A DNA stretch of 64,000 nt from an uncultured virus (IMG/VR IMGVR_UViG_3300020582_000004). Lineage: Duplodnaviria > Heunggongvirae > Uroviricota > Caudoviricetes. Location of the stretch: IMG/VR virus record IMGVR_UViG_3300020582_000004; one strand, given 5' to 3'. The position numbers and the translations under genes were made by a program. The notes beneath the pieces are model-generated. The model ran no database searches, was not told where the DNA came from, and was given only the letters and a program-made list of their open reading frames with translations. This document shows, piece after piece, positions 47,090 through 57,762 of this stretch. How positions within the stretch are numbered: the first letter of the stretch is position 1; each line of letters opens with the position of its first letter.

Positions 47090-47590
47090 CTATCGCGACT
47101 TCTTTCGTTTAGCGCTAGCGGTTTTACGAGTCTTGGTTTGAGTCACTGATGGCATGACGCCTAACGTAGCCATCGTGGGAGCTGGTTCCGTCGGGAACTG
47201 AGTAACCAACTTACCGTGCTGGCCCGCAGGAGTGCCGCCCGGCCACTGGCTATTGAACGCGTCTGCCGTTCGACGTGCAAGCTCGTCTTGCTGCGCCTTA
47301 TGCTCTTCAGGCGTCTCGAGCTTCAAACCAAGAAGGTAAGCGAGTCGCTTCGTGCAGCGATCACAGAGCGAAGTTCCCCAGCGTTCGTTTTCGATTTCTG
47401 AAAGCTCCAGCGTTACCGGGATGCCGTACACAGCTCCAGCTCCTCGGTCTTTCAAGCGCAAGACCGTGGCAGGCATGAAGCGTTGACCACGTAAAACGAT
47501 TTCCAAAGAGCAATGAGGTTTGTTTAGCCCGGCGACCTCTTCATCGAATCGCGTACCACAGTGATCACATGTAAAAGCGACTGTTTCCAT
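47090..47590 (-). CDS. zinc-ribbon hypothetical protein
   Basis: FTCDHCG...LCDRC. Confidence 0.6.
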   Translation of the reverse strand: METVAFTCDHCGTRFDEEVAGLNKPHCSLEIVLRGQRFMPATVLRLKDRGAGAVYGIPVTLELSEIENERWGTSLCDRCTKRLAYLLGLKLETPEEHKAQQDELARRTADAFNSQWPGGTPAGQHGKLVTQFPTEPAPTMATLGVMPSVTQTKTRKTASAKRKKSR

Positions 47591-47719
47591 TTTCTTACTC
47601 TTTCTTTTTGTCTTTCTCGAGCACTAACTCGAGCTTCACCGAATCAGACATCATCATGAACAGATACTTCGCTACCGTAATAATAGATGCAGTAACAATT
47701 ATGATTGAATGAGCCGTAG

Positions 47720-48040
47720 TCATTTGTCATTCACTGCTTCCCGCATCGCAGCCTTTCGTTCGGAGTCTTTCGCGATCTCGATGGCTTCACCAAGAGTCTT
47801 ATAAAGCCACTTTGCAGCGGTCACATCGAGGACGACGACGTCTTTATCGAGAACGCTTTGCGCTCCGTCTTTCAATAACGCGCTTTCTTCGATCGCGATG
47901 AATGCGTAAAGCGAACCTGGTTGAGGCTCGTCGACAGACAAGCGCCATTCCATCCGAGAGCCGTTTGCTCCCGTAGGCTCGGATTCCTGAAACCGTCGTT
48001 CGAAGGTCGACTTGTTCATCCGCGTTTGTTTTTCATCCAC
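47720..48040 (-). CDS. hypothetical protein
   Basis: Protein-like composition in the chain. Confidence 0.5.
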   Translation of the reverse strand: MDEKQTRMNKSTFERRFQESEPTGANGSRMEWRLSVDEPQPGSLYAFIAIEESALLKDGAQSVLDKDVVVLDVTAAKWLYKTLGEAIEIAKDSERKAAMREAVNDK

Positions 48041-48293
48041 ATCGCATAAAGCTCCGGCCGATGCTTACGAGCGAACGTCTTGAGCGAGGTTCGCTTGCCA
48101 CTCGAGTAGTGAGCGCGCTTCAACTGCATGCCGGGCTTGTGCTGACGACTTCCGGGCTCGCCGCTCGGTCCGCGCCTTCGGGGAACTTCGGGCACCGCGG
48201 GTGCGGTTGTCATTACAGGTACGGCTGCCGTTTTGCTCACTTCGCTTGCTTCATTCATCGCTTCCACCAAGATGTCACCTCCTAGATTCGCCA

Positions 48294-48725
48294 CTACGGA
48301 ATTTCTCTGAACTTTACGCCCCAGTTCGTTGCCAGCATCACGGCCTCTGCGCCGTCGAACACCGTCGAGTCTTTTTCTTCTCCGACCCACTCGAGATGCT
48401 CAGGGCCATAAGACTCCGACGTGAGAGGATTTGGTGTAACAATGCGCTTCAAGAAGTATTCACGACCGCGCATTTGAGCATAGATACGCGCTCGCTTGGG
48501 CACGACTTGCGCGGTCACGACGATCGGTTGCTCCGCTGCCGTTGCCGCTGCCCTTGCCCTTGCCGCTGCCGCTGTCACAGGCGCCTTTTCAATCGCGGTT
48601 TGCTGAGCGTTTGCTTCACGGCGCGCATTGCATGCGGGCCAGTCATGACAGCGCTGCATGGGAGGCGCTGTAAGAGGCTCGCCTGTCGCACCACAATTCG
48701 AGCATGAAGGAGTCTTCGCGCTCAA
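48294..48725 (-). CDS. hypothetical protein
   Basis: CSNC...C...C and Ala-rich linker. Confidence 0.55.
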   Translation of the reverse strand: MSAKTPSCSNCGATGEPLTAPPMQRCHDWPACNARREANAQQTAIEKAPVTAAAARARAAATAAEQPIVVTAQVVPKRARIYAQMRGREYFLKRIVTPNPLTSESYGPEHLEWVGEEKDSTVFDGAEAVMLATNWGVKFREIP

Positions 48726-49375
48726 GCCGCAACTCCAATTGGAAGGCGACCCTTGAGGTCCGCGATCACGCTGTCGTAATCGATCGTGACTTTGGTTCCT
48801 GCACCGTCATCAAGTACGACCTCGAATGGCCTTCCCTGACGAATCGCATAGTCGCATTCGGGCACGAGACCCGCGTCGACACCGGGACCCGCGTCACGCA
48901 AATCCGAGCACGATGCCCAGTAAAGCGTTTGCGGAAGATCCCAAAGCTGCTTGCTCGTAAGAAGTGAGCCCTCACCGACGTACACTGACGCGAGGCACTT
49001 ACCCTTCTGAATCCCTTCTCCGTGAGCGGTCACATGCGCGATCACGTCGGCTACAGTGCCGCCAGGCCCCTCGAGATCAAACGCCACGTGAACGCCAATC
49101 GGAATCGCTAACGCAGCAAGTCGAGCAAGGTCATTAGCCGCATCTGTAGCACCTTCTACAGCCGACGGAATCCAACCAGGATTACGCGAATGACGAACGA
49201 AATAAGCTTCCAAACCTTCCGTCAAAATCGTGTTCAGTTCGGTGGGACTCAAGTCTTCGAGGTAACGCCAAACTCCAACAATTCCCTTGGAACGAAGCAG
49301 CCTACAACCCGCAGCCGTAAGAACTTCGTCCGTATCGCAGTACATCGCATTCGGCGTTGCAGTCACAAGTCTCAC
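48722..49375 (-). CDS. DUF1906 (Rv2525c-like) glycoside hydrolase, putative endolysin
   Basis: CDT...VWRYL...LSPTE...GATDA...AIPIG...AFDLE...VYVG; GGAGGT RBS before GTG 49375. Confidence 0.75.
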   Translation of the reverse strand: MRLVTATPNAMYCDTDEVLTAAGCRLLRSKGIVGVWRYLEDLSPTELNTILTEGLEAYFVRHSRNPGWIPSAVEGATDAANDLARLAALAIPIGVHVAFDLEGPGGTVADVIAHVTAHGEGIQKGKCLASVYVGEGSLLTSKQLWDLPQTLYWASCSDLRDAGPGVDAGLVPECDYAIRQGRPFEVVLDDGAGTKVTIDYDSVIADLKGRLPIGVAA

Positions 49376-49707
49376 GAGACACCTCCTTTGATGAGCGAAC
49401 GCGCATAGCACAATGCGAAGCGCGTTACTTTCCAATGCGACACGCTTCCATCGGGCTCCGTCACAGCGCAGGTTCGATCACCATCGAGATTGAGGCGATC
49501 AGCTGCGAGTCGCGCAGCAAGACTCGGGAAACTCGATTCAACGACTTCGACCGGGTGATTCTCGAACGAAACCAAAAACGCCATGTTCCCTCCTCACGTA
49601 AAATCAATGATGCGGGGCGTACACGATCAAATAAGACACCACGATGGCAAGGCACGCAGCAAGGAGCACCGGAAGCGCGTGCACTCGCAAAGTCGAAACC
49701 AAATACT

Positions 49708-50016
49708 TCATACTCCCACCGCTCCCACCACACACTTGAGCGCACGCACTTCCTCGAGAAGCTCGGAGCATCGACGTTGTACTCGCGAAAGCGCATCAAG
49801 AGCCATCTTTCGCTCGGTCTCGGTGCGAAAGAGAAGCGAACGCAATGAGGCAAGCTCGGTGCGCAGGTGTTCGGGACCCTCGCGCGTGATGTAATCGCGA
49901 AGCTCGTCTCGGTCGCGTGTTACGAACTTCAAACAGTCTTCGGGGCCATGACCTAAGTAGTCCATCTTTGGCTCATAACTTTCACCGCAACGCTGACATC
50001 GAATCAAAGAGGTCAC
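49708..50016 (-). CDS. CxxC-HxxxxC zinc finger plus coiled coil (dispersed paralogue 6)
   Basis: CQRCGESY...HGPEDCLKFVTRDRDE. Confidence 0.6.
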   Translation of the reverse strand: MTSLIRCQRCGESYEPKMDYLGHGPEDCLKFVTRDRDELRDYITREGPEHLRTELASLRSLLFRTETERKMALDALSRVQRRCSELLEEVRALKCVVGAVGV

Positions 50017-50279
50017 AGGTTCGCCTCGCCCCACCATGTTTGAACCACGAAGCGGCCGACGTCGCCTTTTTTCTTCACCTTGTTTTTCTTGTGAAGCACG
50101 CTCTTGGGCGCCCAAAGCTCTCCAACACGCCCATCGCGGAGCTTGCCCTCGACAAGAATCGCTTTCGCGGTTGTCTTGAGACACGTCATGCGACCTACGT
50201 CGAAAGGCTCTTGGCCCTTCTTCCAATCAACCGAGTCTTCTCTCTTTTCACGTAGTCCCATCAATCCGTCTCCGTTCAT
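50013..50279 (-). CDS. hypothetical protein
   Basis: TAKAILV...WAPKS...VQTWW motif. Confidence 0.55.
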   Translation of the reverse strand: MNGDGLMGLREKREDSVDWKKGQEPFDVGRMTCLKTTAKAILVEGKLRDGRVGELWAPKSVLHKKNKVKKKGDVGRFVVQTWWGEANL

Positions 50280-50817
50280 AGGTCACGAATTCGACGTTAG
50301 GAGACTCGGTCGCGACCTCAGCATGTGTGCATCGAAAGATCCAGAGGTTTGGATAACTCCATTCGTCGTCTGTTGGAAACATCGTAACCGATAAATTACG
50401 GCCAGCAGCATATTTAGGTACGACGTATGTAATCTCGAGCTTCGTAGCGAGCGGTAACGCAAGCTTATAAATCTCACCGCCACCGATTACGAATGGCGAC
50501 TCGTCACACTTGTAGGCGACATCCAGCGCATCTTCCAATGACGTTGCGACAGTAATCCCAGAACCAGACGGTATTGACATGAGCAAAGCGTTGTCGAGCA
50601 AAGCGCTGTCGAGACCTTTATGAGTAAGAACGATGTTCGTGCGATTCGGAAGCGGCTTGCCGATAGACTCATAAGTCTTCCGGCCCATGATAATGGCATG
50701 CCCCGTCGTGAGTCGCTTGAAGCGCTTCATGTCCTCCGAGACGTGCCACGGGATCTTACCGTCTACCGCGATGACTCCCGACGGCGTCATCGCAACGATG
50801 AGCGTGAGCGGTTTCAT
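50248..50817 (-). CDS. folA: dihydrofolate reductase
   Basis: LIVAM...IPWHVSEDMKRFKRLTTGHAIIMGRKTYESIGKPLPNRTNIVLT...VIGGGEIY. Confidence 0.96.
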   Translation of the reverse strand: MKPLTLIVAMTPSGVIAVDGKIPWHVSEDMKRFKRLTTGHAIIMGRKTYESIGKPLPNRTNIVLTHKGLDSALLDNALLMSIPSGSGITVATSLEDALDVAYKCDESPFVIGGGEIYKLALPLATKLEITYVVPKYAAGRNLSVTMFPTDDEWSYPNLWIFRCTHAEVATESPNVEFVTYERRRIDGTT

Positions 50818-51076
50818 AGGTGGTCGTAGCTCGCAGCAATTGCCTTCTTTCTCTTACGCGCCTGCGCCTTCGTCGCGGCATCGAGAATCGAGACGAGGTA
50901 AAGGAGCTTCCGATCGAGCTGACGCTGTTTCGCGAGCGGCAGCTTTCGGAACTTGCGAAGTGTGGCTTGTACCTCGGCGCGACGATGCGTGAGAAGCCAA
51001 AAGATCGTCTCTTCGATCTCACGCTTCGAGAGTCCGCGCTTCGAAGAAGTGGAAGAGGTGGTCTTCGAAGAGGCGG

Positions 51077-51376
51077 TCATCGTGTTGCTCGTTTCACGGC
51101 TGGTTCTTCGCCGTCGTTGTAGAGCGTGTTTGGAATGAGCTTCCAGCCATCGAGCGCGCCCTTGCGATCGGGATCCGCTCGATTCCATTCCCACACGCGG
51201 CCTTTCGCATCGAGGCCGTAGAGCATTTCCGAGAGAATCGAATCTTCCGGAGTCCTGCCACACGAGGCAGAGACCGCCGTAACGATTTGAATGAACGGCG
51301 GGACGCGCGGCTCGACTCCCATTGCCGCGTCAATCTCTTCTCTAGACTTCGGTGTCTGATCCATAGTCATCCTCAA
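51077..51376 (-). CDS. hypothetical protein
   Basis: LYGLDAKGRVWEW...W. Confidence 0.5.
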   Translation of the reverse strand: MRMTMDQTPKSREEIDAAMGVEPRVPPFIQIVTAVSASCGRTPEDSILSEMLYGLDAKGRVWEWNRADPDRKGALDGWKLIPNTLYNDGEEPAVKRATR

Positions 51377-51756
51377 CGGTTGTTGTACGCGTTAGACGTG
51401 CTGATAAAGCGCTCTTTCCAACCCCAATCGTCCATCACATATTGGCTGTACTCGGTTGACGTGATGAGCACGTTCTCATCAATCGACATTTCGAGCATGC
51501 CGATCACACGATCGTAATCCTTTACGTGGTCCTCTGGAATGTCGAGATGAATCATGTGCTGCACCTCGAGCCCCTTTCGAGCGTCGTCGTACATCTTGGC
51601 AACGGTCTCGATAAGTGCTTTTCGATAACCCGCGTGCGCTGCTTCGTATTGTGCGTGATGCCCGTCGCGATTCTTTTTGAGCGCGTCGATGAGCGCGGAT
51701 TTCTTGACCACGATGTGCTGAATGCCTTTGATCGTTTCGGGAGCAGCCATGTTCAT
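51373..51756 (-). CDS. phage hypothetical protein
   Basis: PEDHVKDYDRVIGMLEMS...YVMDDWGW. Confidence 0.7.
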   Translation of the reverse strand: MNMAAPETIKGIQHIVVKKSALIDALKKNRDGHHAQYEAAHAGYRKALIETVAKMYDDARKGLEVQHMIHLDIPEDHVKDYDRVIGMLEMSIDENVLITSTEYSQYVMDDWGWKERFISTSNAYNNR

Positions 51757-52232
51757 TCCTCTTTCTTTTCTTCTCGTAGCTTGAGATCTTCACCACAGAA
51801 TTCCGAGACAGCCTTGCTGAGATTCACGCCGTACTTATGAAACTCGAGAACCTTGGCGTGAACACAGTAAGGATTCATATCGAGATCCATATTGCAATAC
51901 TTGCATGTCGAGCATCGACCAGGATCAGTCCAGACGCTCATTTGCCGAGACCAGACCAGCGTGCGATTCGCCTCGAGACGCAAAAGCGTCTTGTCACGGG
52001 GCATCTTGCACACGTTCGCGCGGTAAATCGCCGCGCCTGCACACTGCGGGCCGTTGATCGCGTGGCAATCGATTCGCGAATCGCTATGAAGAGTCTGGAC
52101 CCACTCTTCACGTGTAGCCGCTCCAAGCCACCCTGGAAGCGCCGTTCGAGCGAAGGGACAGTCGGTACACGGATGGGTGTGCTGGACGTTCGAGACGGGG
52201 GCTTCGTCACTGATGATGGCTCTTCGAGTCAC
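51753..52232 (-). CDS. Cys-rich protein, possibly two fused domains
   Basis: PCTDCPF...PGWLG...CH...CAGA, then CSTCKYC...C. Confidence 0.55.
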   Translation of the reverse strand: MTRRAIISDEAPVSNVQHTHPCTDCPFARTALPGWLGAATREEWVQTLHSDSRIDCHAINGPQCAGAAIYRANVCKMPRDKTLLRLEANRTLVWSRQMSVWTDPGRCSTCKYCNMDLDMNPYCVHAKVLEFHKYGVNLSKAVSEFCGEDLKLREEKKEE

Positions 52233-52561
52233 GACTCGTCCTCCTTCTTTTCTTCCTTCACCCCTTCAATAGCTGCATCACGTGCATCGCCGCGTGCATT
52301 CCAGTCTTGGTTCCAGCGCGCCCAGTCATCACGATTCCGCGCGCCTGCGTCACGAAGCTGCTCAAGAGCGCTCTTTGCAAACTGTGCAGTCTCCAGGTTC
52401 GTCACCGCGAGCTTCTGCCACTTGTTCGACATATGAAAGCAATAGGCGCAAGCGATCCATCCGAGCACGTTTTCCCAAGCAAGTGCCGTGGACGAAAACC
52501 AGAATGACGCAGACACGCCAAACAGAATCACGATAAAGAACGCGATCTTCAAAATCTTCAT
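52229..52561 (-). CDS. two-TM membrane protein with coiled tail
   Basis: Hydrophobic N-terminal half. Confidence 0.55.
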   Translation of the reverse strand: MKILKIAFFIVILFGVSASFWFSSTALAWENVLGWIACAYCFHMSNKWQKLAVTNLETAQFAKSALEQLRDAGARNRDDWARWNQDWNARGDARDAAIEGVKEEKKEDES

Positions 52562-53181
52562 TCGTTCTTATCCGACTTGAGGAGACCATCACATGCAGCT
52601 TCAACAGCTCGCACGGCTCTTTCAAACGAACGCATGTAACCTGACGCCTTCGCAAACTGCACTGCACGACGAGGTCTTTGCACGTACTCGAGCGGCGTCA
52701 CCGAGTAACGCCAGCGAACTCCGTTCGCGGCCTTTGCGACGAGAAGGTAGTACCCGTCGCGAATACGTTCGCATGACAGCGTCTGCCAATCAGTAGAACG
52801 GCTCGCGCGACTCACGGAGGTTTACCTCCCTTCGAGTAATCCGGCTTGAGATCAGCGTGACCGCCCCATTCCCTCGGCACTTTGGATATGTCGAGCGGCA
52901 TGGCCTTCATGCGATGACATCGTTTGCACGAGACACGCTCTACAGGACGAAGCGGGATTCCGAGGTGCGAAACGTTGTTCGTGCCGCACGCACCACACAC
53001 CCATCGCATGTTCGGCTTGAAGATCGTTCCGAAAAGCTGCGTCTTCGGCATTTGTTCCGCTGTCACGTCGCCACCTCCGCACTCGGATTCTCTTTTTCCT
53101 TCTCCCATACGCAAAGACCGATGTGACCCGCAGGCTTGACGCACTGCTGAAACTCGGCGCTCGTCCAACCGCAGCGCTCAG

Positions 53182-54996
53182 TCAATGTTTCGTTTTTTCC
53201 TCGCCGAGGTCCATGGCATCGAGGAGTTTCTCTTTGCGTTCGAGGATGATCGCAACGCGTTGATCGATAGCATGAGCTGCATTCAAGATCGTAACGATGA
53301 CACCGCGCGTTTGTCCGATTCGAACTGCGCGGTCCTCTGCTTGAAGATTATTTGCTGGTACGAAGTCGCGATCCAGGAACATGACGTTCGCCGACTTGGT
53401 CAACGTGACGCCGACGCCCATCGAGCCGATCGTTCCCGCGATACCACGAAGCTCACCACGCTGAAACTTTTCGACAAGCGCCGTCCGCTCGACATCGGAC
53501 GTGCTTCCCGTGATGCACGCCCAGCCCTTTCGAGCCCCGAGCGAAATGATCGGATCGCGGTGATAGGAGAAAGCGATAACGGGTTCCTCGACTTGCTCGC
53601 ATTCTTTGATCAAGTCGATGAGCGTCGAGAGCTTGAGCAGCGCAAGCTCTTTTCGGATCATCGAGAGCGCGCCGCCCGCGGCGCACTCTTCAAGCACCTT
53701 GTCATCGGACCAATCTTGGAACTGGAGGAGCAGATTCTCGGTGAGCGTAACGAGCTTCGAGAGCGCACGTGACTCGACTTTGACCTCCACGATGCGACGC
53801 GTTTTGACCGGTAAGTCAGGAAGCACGTCGACGCGCATGCGACGAAGCATGACTGTTCCGAGACACTCACGCGCTTCGGGAGAAGCGTAGCCAGGACGCC
53901 ATTCATAGCCACGAGGTTGGCCTTTGAACTCGAGCTTGCGACCGCCGAACATTTCGACGAAATCTTTCCAGCCTCCGAACGTGTCCCAAGCTCCGTCATC
54001 GAATTGACCGCCTTGTCCTGGAAAGAGCTGACAGAGAGACCAAAGCTCAGGAGGATGATTCAGGAGCGGAGTACCTGTCAAAACCCATACAGAAGAACCG
54101 CGGCCCACGACTCCCGTACTGCATGCCGCTGCGATGGTGCGCACCGCGATCGTGCGTTGAGAATCTTTGTTTTTGCAGTAATGCCCCTCGTCGACCACGA
54201 GCTGCACGGAATGCTTCGCCGGAGGACCGATCCACACCCACTCGGGCCACGCGTCTTCGCGTTGTTGAAAACGCCTCATGGCTATCGTCATATCCGTTCT
54301 TGTGCATCGACCTCCGCGCTCAGGATCGCACTTGTCCGTCCAAGGCTGCTCCTGCTTCCGAGCAAAGAGAATTTCTTCGTCCTCGAGAGGTACGACAGAA
54401 AGACGCCCGCAGTAAGGACAGCGCGTGCGCTTCTCGAGCCACTCATGCGGAAGCTGCGAATACGGAACGATGTTCAGCTCGCCGGGCTCGGGGAAAAGCG
54501 GATACGGGAAACCCCAGAGTCGCAAAGTGAAGTCCGGACGCCCACGTTGTGCTTCTTTTAACCAACTACCAACAACTACCGATGGAACTATAAAGAGCGC
54601 GCCTTTCCTAATGTCTAGTGCTGCTAATGAGGTAAAACTTTTTCCGGTCCCCATCTGATCAGCTAATAATGCACGCCTTCTAGAGCGTAAAAACTCAGCA
54701 CCAATTCGTTGATAGGGATAAAGCCTATTATCAGTGCACTTCCAGGCTGACGACCTTAGCGTCTCTGGCACACCTGATTTTGAACGAAGCTCGATGCCGT
54801 GCTTTTGCAAGGCCCCACATGCGCGCAGCGCAGCTTCGAGCGGCACCACGTAGTCGACGTTCGAGCCTTTCTTTTGACGAAGGCCGTACGGACCTAGGAC
54901 TCGGCGAAAGAGCGCGGCGCCGCCAGCACTTGGCGAGAAGAGAGCAAGGCGCTCCCCATCAGCCCCCGTACCGAGTGCGACGCTCACCGCGGGCAT
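53182..54996 (-). CDS. SNF2-family helicase/translocase
   Basis: LYPYQ, LLADQMGTGKS (Walker A), VVDEGH, LTGTP, MLRR, GVGVTLT, QAEDRAVRIGQ. Confidence 0.93.
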   Translation of the reverse strand: MPAVSVALGTGADGERLALFSPSAGGAALFRRVLGPYGLRQKKGSNVDYVVPLEAALRACGALQKHGIELRSKSGVPETLRSSAWKCTDNRLYPYQRIGAEFLRSRRRALLADQMGTGKSFTSLAALDIRKGALFIVPSVVVGSWLKEAQRGRPDFTLRLWGFPYPLFPEPGELNIVPYSQLPHEWLEKRTRCPYCGRLSVVPLEDEEILFARKQEQPWTDKCDPERGGRCTRTDMTIAMRRFQQREDAWPEWVWIGPPAKHSVQLVVDEGHYCKNKDSQRTIAVRTIAAACSTGVVGRGSSVWVLTGTPLLNHPPELWSLCQLFPGQGGQFDDGAWDTFGGWKDFVEMFGGRKLEFKGQPRGYEWRPGYASPEARECLGTVMLRRMRVDVLPDLPVKTRRIVEVKVESRALSKLVTLTENLLLQFQDWSDDKVLEECAAGGALSMIRKELALLKLSTLIDLIKECEQVEEPVIAFSYHRDPIISLGARKGWACITGSTSDVERTALVEKFQRGELRGIAGTIGSMGVGVTLTKSANVMFLDRDFVPANNLQAEDRAVRIGQTRGVIVTILNAAHAIDQRVAIILERKEKLLDAMDLGEEKTKH

Positions 54997-54999
54997 GAC

Positions 55000-55404
55000 T
55001 CACAGAGCCTTGTTCCCGTGACGAAAAGGTCGAGTTTTGTTGTAAGCCATCTTCTCGAGCACGATGCGCTCGAGATCGATTTCATGCTCTCCGCAGAAGT
55101 CGAAGACACGAATGACGATGTCCGCGATCTCACTCGCAACACCTACGGGCTTATGAGCGCACTCGTTCGTCCCATCGTCTGGATAACACCTCGGAGAACC
55201 GTAACCGCCGCAATCTCCCTTTGGGTGTCTGCATTCGTATCGCACTTCTGCGACTTTACTTCCTTCACGAAACGCTTCGTAGGCCTCGCCGACTTCAGTC
55301 GTGATGAGCATAAGCGCGTCTCCGACGGTGCGCTTGACGTCGTGAAAGCCGTGAGCTTTTGCGTTTGCGTAAGCCTCATCGCGAAGCTCGTTGAGCGATC
55401 TCAT
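55000..55404 (-). CDS. MazG-like NTP pyrophosphohydrolase
   Basis: LITTEVGEAYEA...SEIADIVIR...KMAYNKTR. Confidence 0.85.
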   Translation of the reverse strand: MRSLNELRDEAYANAKAHGFHDVKRTVGDALMLITTEVGEAYEAFREGSKVAEVRYECRHPKGDCGGYGSPRCYPDDGTNECAHKPVGVASEIADIVIRVFDFCGEHEIDLERIVLEKMAYNKTRPFRHGNKAL

Positions 55405-55871
55405 TATCGCGTTCTCCTTCCGCGTCGCGATGTGCTCGGCGACGAGAGCCTCATGCCGCACGCTTCGCGAATTTGACGCGCATGATCGAGCGCGTTCGTC
55501 TTCGAGCCATAAGAGGTAAGAGGTAACTCGGTAAAGCCCCGCGCTCCGACATACACAATGTGATTGCCTTGAGGACCGCCTTTTCGAACCCATGCCGTCA
55601 CTGCGAAGTAGCTGCTCATGGCTTTTTCTCCTCTCCATTATTCTCTCGAGCAAGCTCTTCCCTTGCACGCATCAACGTCGCCGTTGAAAAAAGAGTCGCG
55701 TCCTCACGAATCCCGGCTTTCAAGGTCTTCTTTGCCAGCACGATCTCACGCTCGATGTACGCCTGAAACTCTTCTGGAGTTGGATGCCAGCGAGCTTTCT
55801 CGTACCAGTCTTCCTTGGTGTTACCTCGCGAAGGCGTCAACGACGTTGCCGAATCATCACGTCTCTCCATC

Positions 55872-56297
55872 TCACTCACCTTTTCCGAGACCGATAATAT
55901 ATTCAAGTGCTTCCTCGTGCGACTCAAAGCGTACATCGGCCAGATCGCTAAAGATGCATTTGCGTGACGCGCCTGATACGACAATAGTCTTTGACGACTT
56001 CTGAACCAAGTCACGATAAGCCAGTGCGTGCCCAAGCTCCACCCATGCTCCCGTCGACGTAGATGTCACCTCGGGCTGCACAAGCCAGACAACACGAGCT
56101 TTGGCAACGCCTCCCAAGTCCGCAAGCGCCGCACTACGACGAATGCCGGGATCATCCGGCGAAGCATTTCCGACTTGACGCACCGGGACCGTCCAATCGA
56201 ACGTGATCGTCCAACCAGCATCGAGCAATGCCGCTATAAAAACTTCAATCTCATCAATCTGAGCCGAGGCTCCCGCGACGTAAGCTTCTTTTCTCAC
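55872..56297 (-). CDS. nucleoside 2-deoxyribosyltransferase-like protein
   Basis: AYVAG...DLGGV...STGAWVELGHALA. Confidence 0.75.
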   Translation of the reverse strand: MRKEAYVAGASAQIDEIEVFIAALLDAGWTITFDWTVPVRQVGNASPDDPGIRRSAALADLGGVAKARVVWLVQPEVTSTSTGAWVELGHALAYRDLVQKSSKTIVVSGASRKCIFSDLADVRFESHEEALEYIIGLGKGE

Positions 56298-56521
56298 GAC
56301 GCGTTCTCGCTATCCGTGCGCATCGCCTCGCGCATGTAGCCCATGTAGTCCACGCTGATCGCGTTGAGCGCGTCCACGATAAACTGCGCATTGGCCTTGT
56401 CGTAGCAATGCGCGAGAGCGCAGTCCGTTCGAATGTACCTCACGCGATAACGAACACCTGGCGTGGGACCTGTCGTCACCGAGGCGTCTTTGATCGTCTC
56501 GAAATCGTACTTCGCAGTCAT
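56294..56521 (-). CDS. hypothetical protein
   Basis: ANAQFIVDALN motif. Confidence 0.5.
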   Translation of the reverse strand: MTAKYDFETIKDASVTTGPTPGVRYRVRYIRTDCALAHCYDKANAQFIVDALNAISVDYMGYMREAMRTDSENAS

Positions 56522-56724
56522 TTGGCACTTTCTCCTGCAGCTCTTCGAATTTGCCCAGCCAACGCATCAAGACATGCCGCGCAAAGCGGAAAGGGATCGC
56601 TACGAGTGATGTGAAGGCACAAAACCATGCGCTCACATCCTACGCACTTGGTGTGCTCGTACCACTCGAATACGCGCGCAGTGGGCTTGATAGTCAGATC
56701 AAGACTCATCACGTCACTCGTCAC

Positions 56725-57762
56725 TCAGTGCAGAAGGCCGTGAATCTCGGCGTACCTACGGCGCTCGTGACGCGGAACGGTGTGCGGGATGTTTTTCTCC
56801 TGCATCAAGGTCGTGATGTTCGCGGTCTCCCAGAACTTCTCACGCGTTGCCTCGCTCGCCTCGAGCCAGAGCTTTTGTGTGAGGAGCACATCGCCGATCG
56901 GTACGCCGGAAGGCTGAATGCAGAACGAGCGAATGATGGAGCCTTTCTCATCGACCTGCTTCACGTTGCCATGAGAGCCGCGGTCGATGCGATAGCGCTC
57001 TTTCTTTCTGCCATCCGAAGAGGTGACCTCGATGTAGAAGCAATTCTTCTTTTCGAAGTCCTCGATCTGCTGCGGCGAGAGACAGAGACGCAAGAGGTCA
57101 TCGGCACGCTTTTCGGCCATCTTTGCCGCGAGCGCTCGCTTCTCGGCTTCTTCGCGCGCGCGTTTTTCTTGCTCGAGAGCCGCGAGTAGCTCGGTGTCCG
57201 ATAGCTTGCGACGCGAGTAGCGTTGAATGTTGGCCGCGTGATCGCCGGCTTCCTTGATACGCTCGTAACGATCAACCCATGCGTTCCAGGCGAAGTGATT
57301 GATGGTGTTCGTGGAAGAGGTAATCGTATTGAACGGAAAATTGTTATACGTGACAGCGCTGGTAGACGTGTATTGAATGTTCCAAAGTGGCCACGTGTTG
57401 TTCATGGTCGCCGCTCCAGTTCCGATCGTTTGCGTAATCGTATAATTCGCACAGGTGCCCGCCCATACCTCGATGATTGGCGGATACATCTCCTCGTACT
57501 TGCGACGCGCTTCGGCAATCTCCTCGTACTTGCGACGCGCTTCGGCAAGAGCTTGACGTTGCTGCAACTGTCGCTCTTCCAACTCAATACGAGCAGCAAT
57601 GACTTCACGCCGTCGCTGATCAGCGGCGAGTGAATTGATCGATACTGGCGGCGGAGGACCCGCGAGCGCGTTGATCGGCACAGGCGGAGTACCAGCATTG
57701 ATCGGCACAGGCGGAGTTGCAGCTCGCAACTCCGCAGCCCCAACAACCTGTAGGCCTGGCAT
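56725..57762 (-). CDS. hypothetical protein: low-complexity N-half, globular-looking C-domain
   Basis: TGATG-coupled to the upstream di-Gly protein; C-domain ADDLLRLCLSPQQ...RYRI...FCIQP...D.LLTQKLWLE...AN. Confidence 0.7.
   Translation of the reverse strand: MPGLQVVGAAELRAATPPVPINAGTPPVPINALAGPPPPVSINSLAADQRRREVIAARIELEERQLQQRQALAEARRKYEEIAEARRKYEEMYPPIIEVWAGTCANYTITQTIGTGAATMNNTWPLWNIQYTSTSAVTYNNFPFNTITSSTNTINHFAWNAWVDRYERIKEAGDHAANIQRYSRRKLSDTELLAALEQEKRAREEAEKRALAAKMAEKRADDLLRLCLSPQQIEDFEKKNCFYIEVTSSDGRKKERYRIDRGSHGNVKQVDEKGSIIRSFCIQPSGVPIGDVLLTQKLWLEASEATREKFWETANITTLMQEKNIPHTVPRHERRRYAEIHGLLH

Noticed and set aside
54250..54460. Intein in the SNF2 helicase
   Set aside because: The insertion is short and has no C/S N-terminal block or HN-C/S/T C-terminal block.
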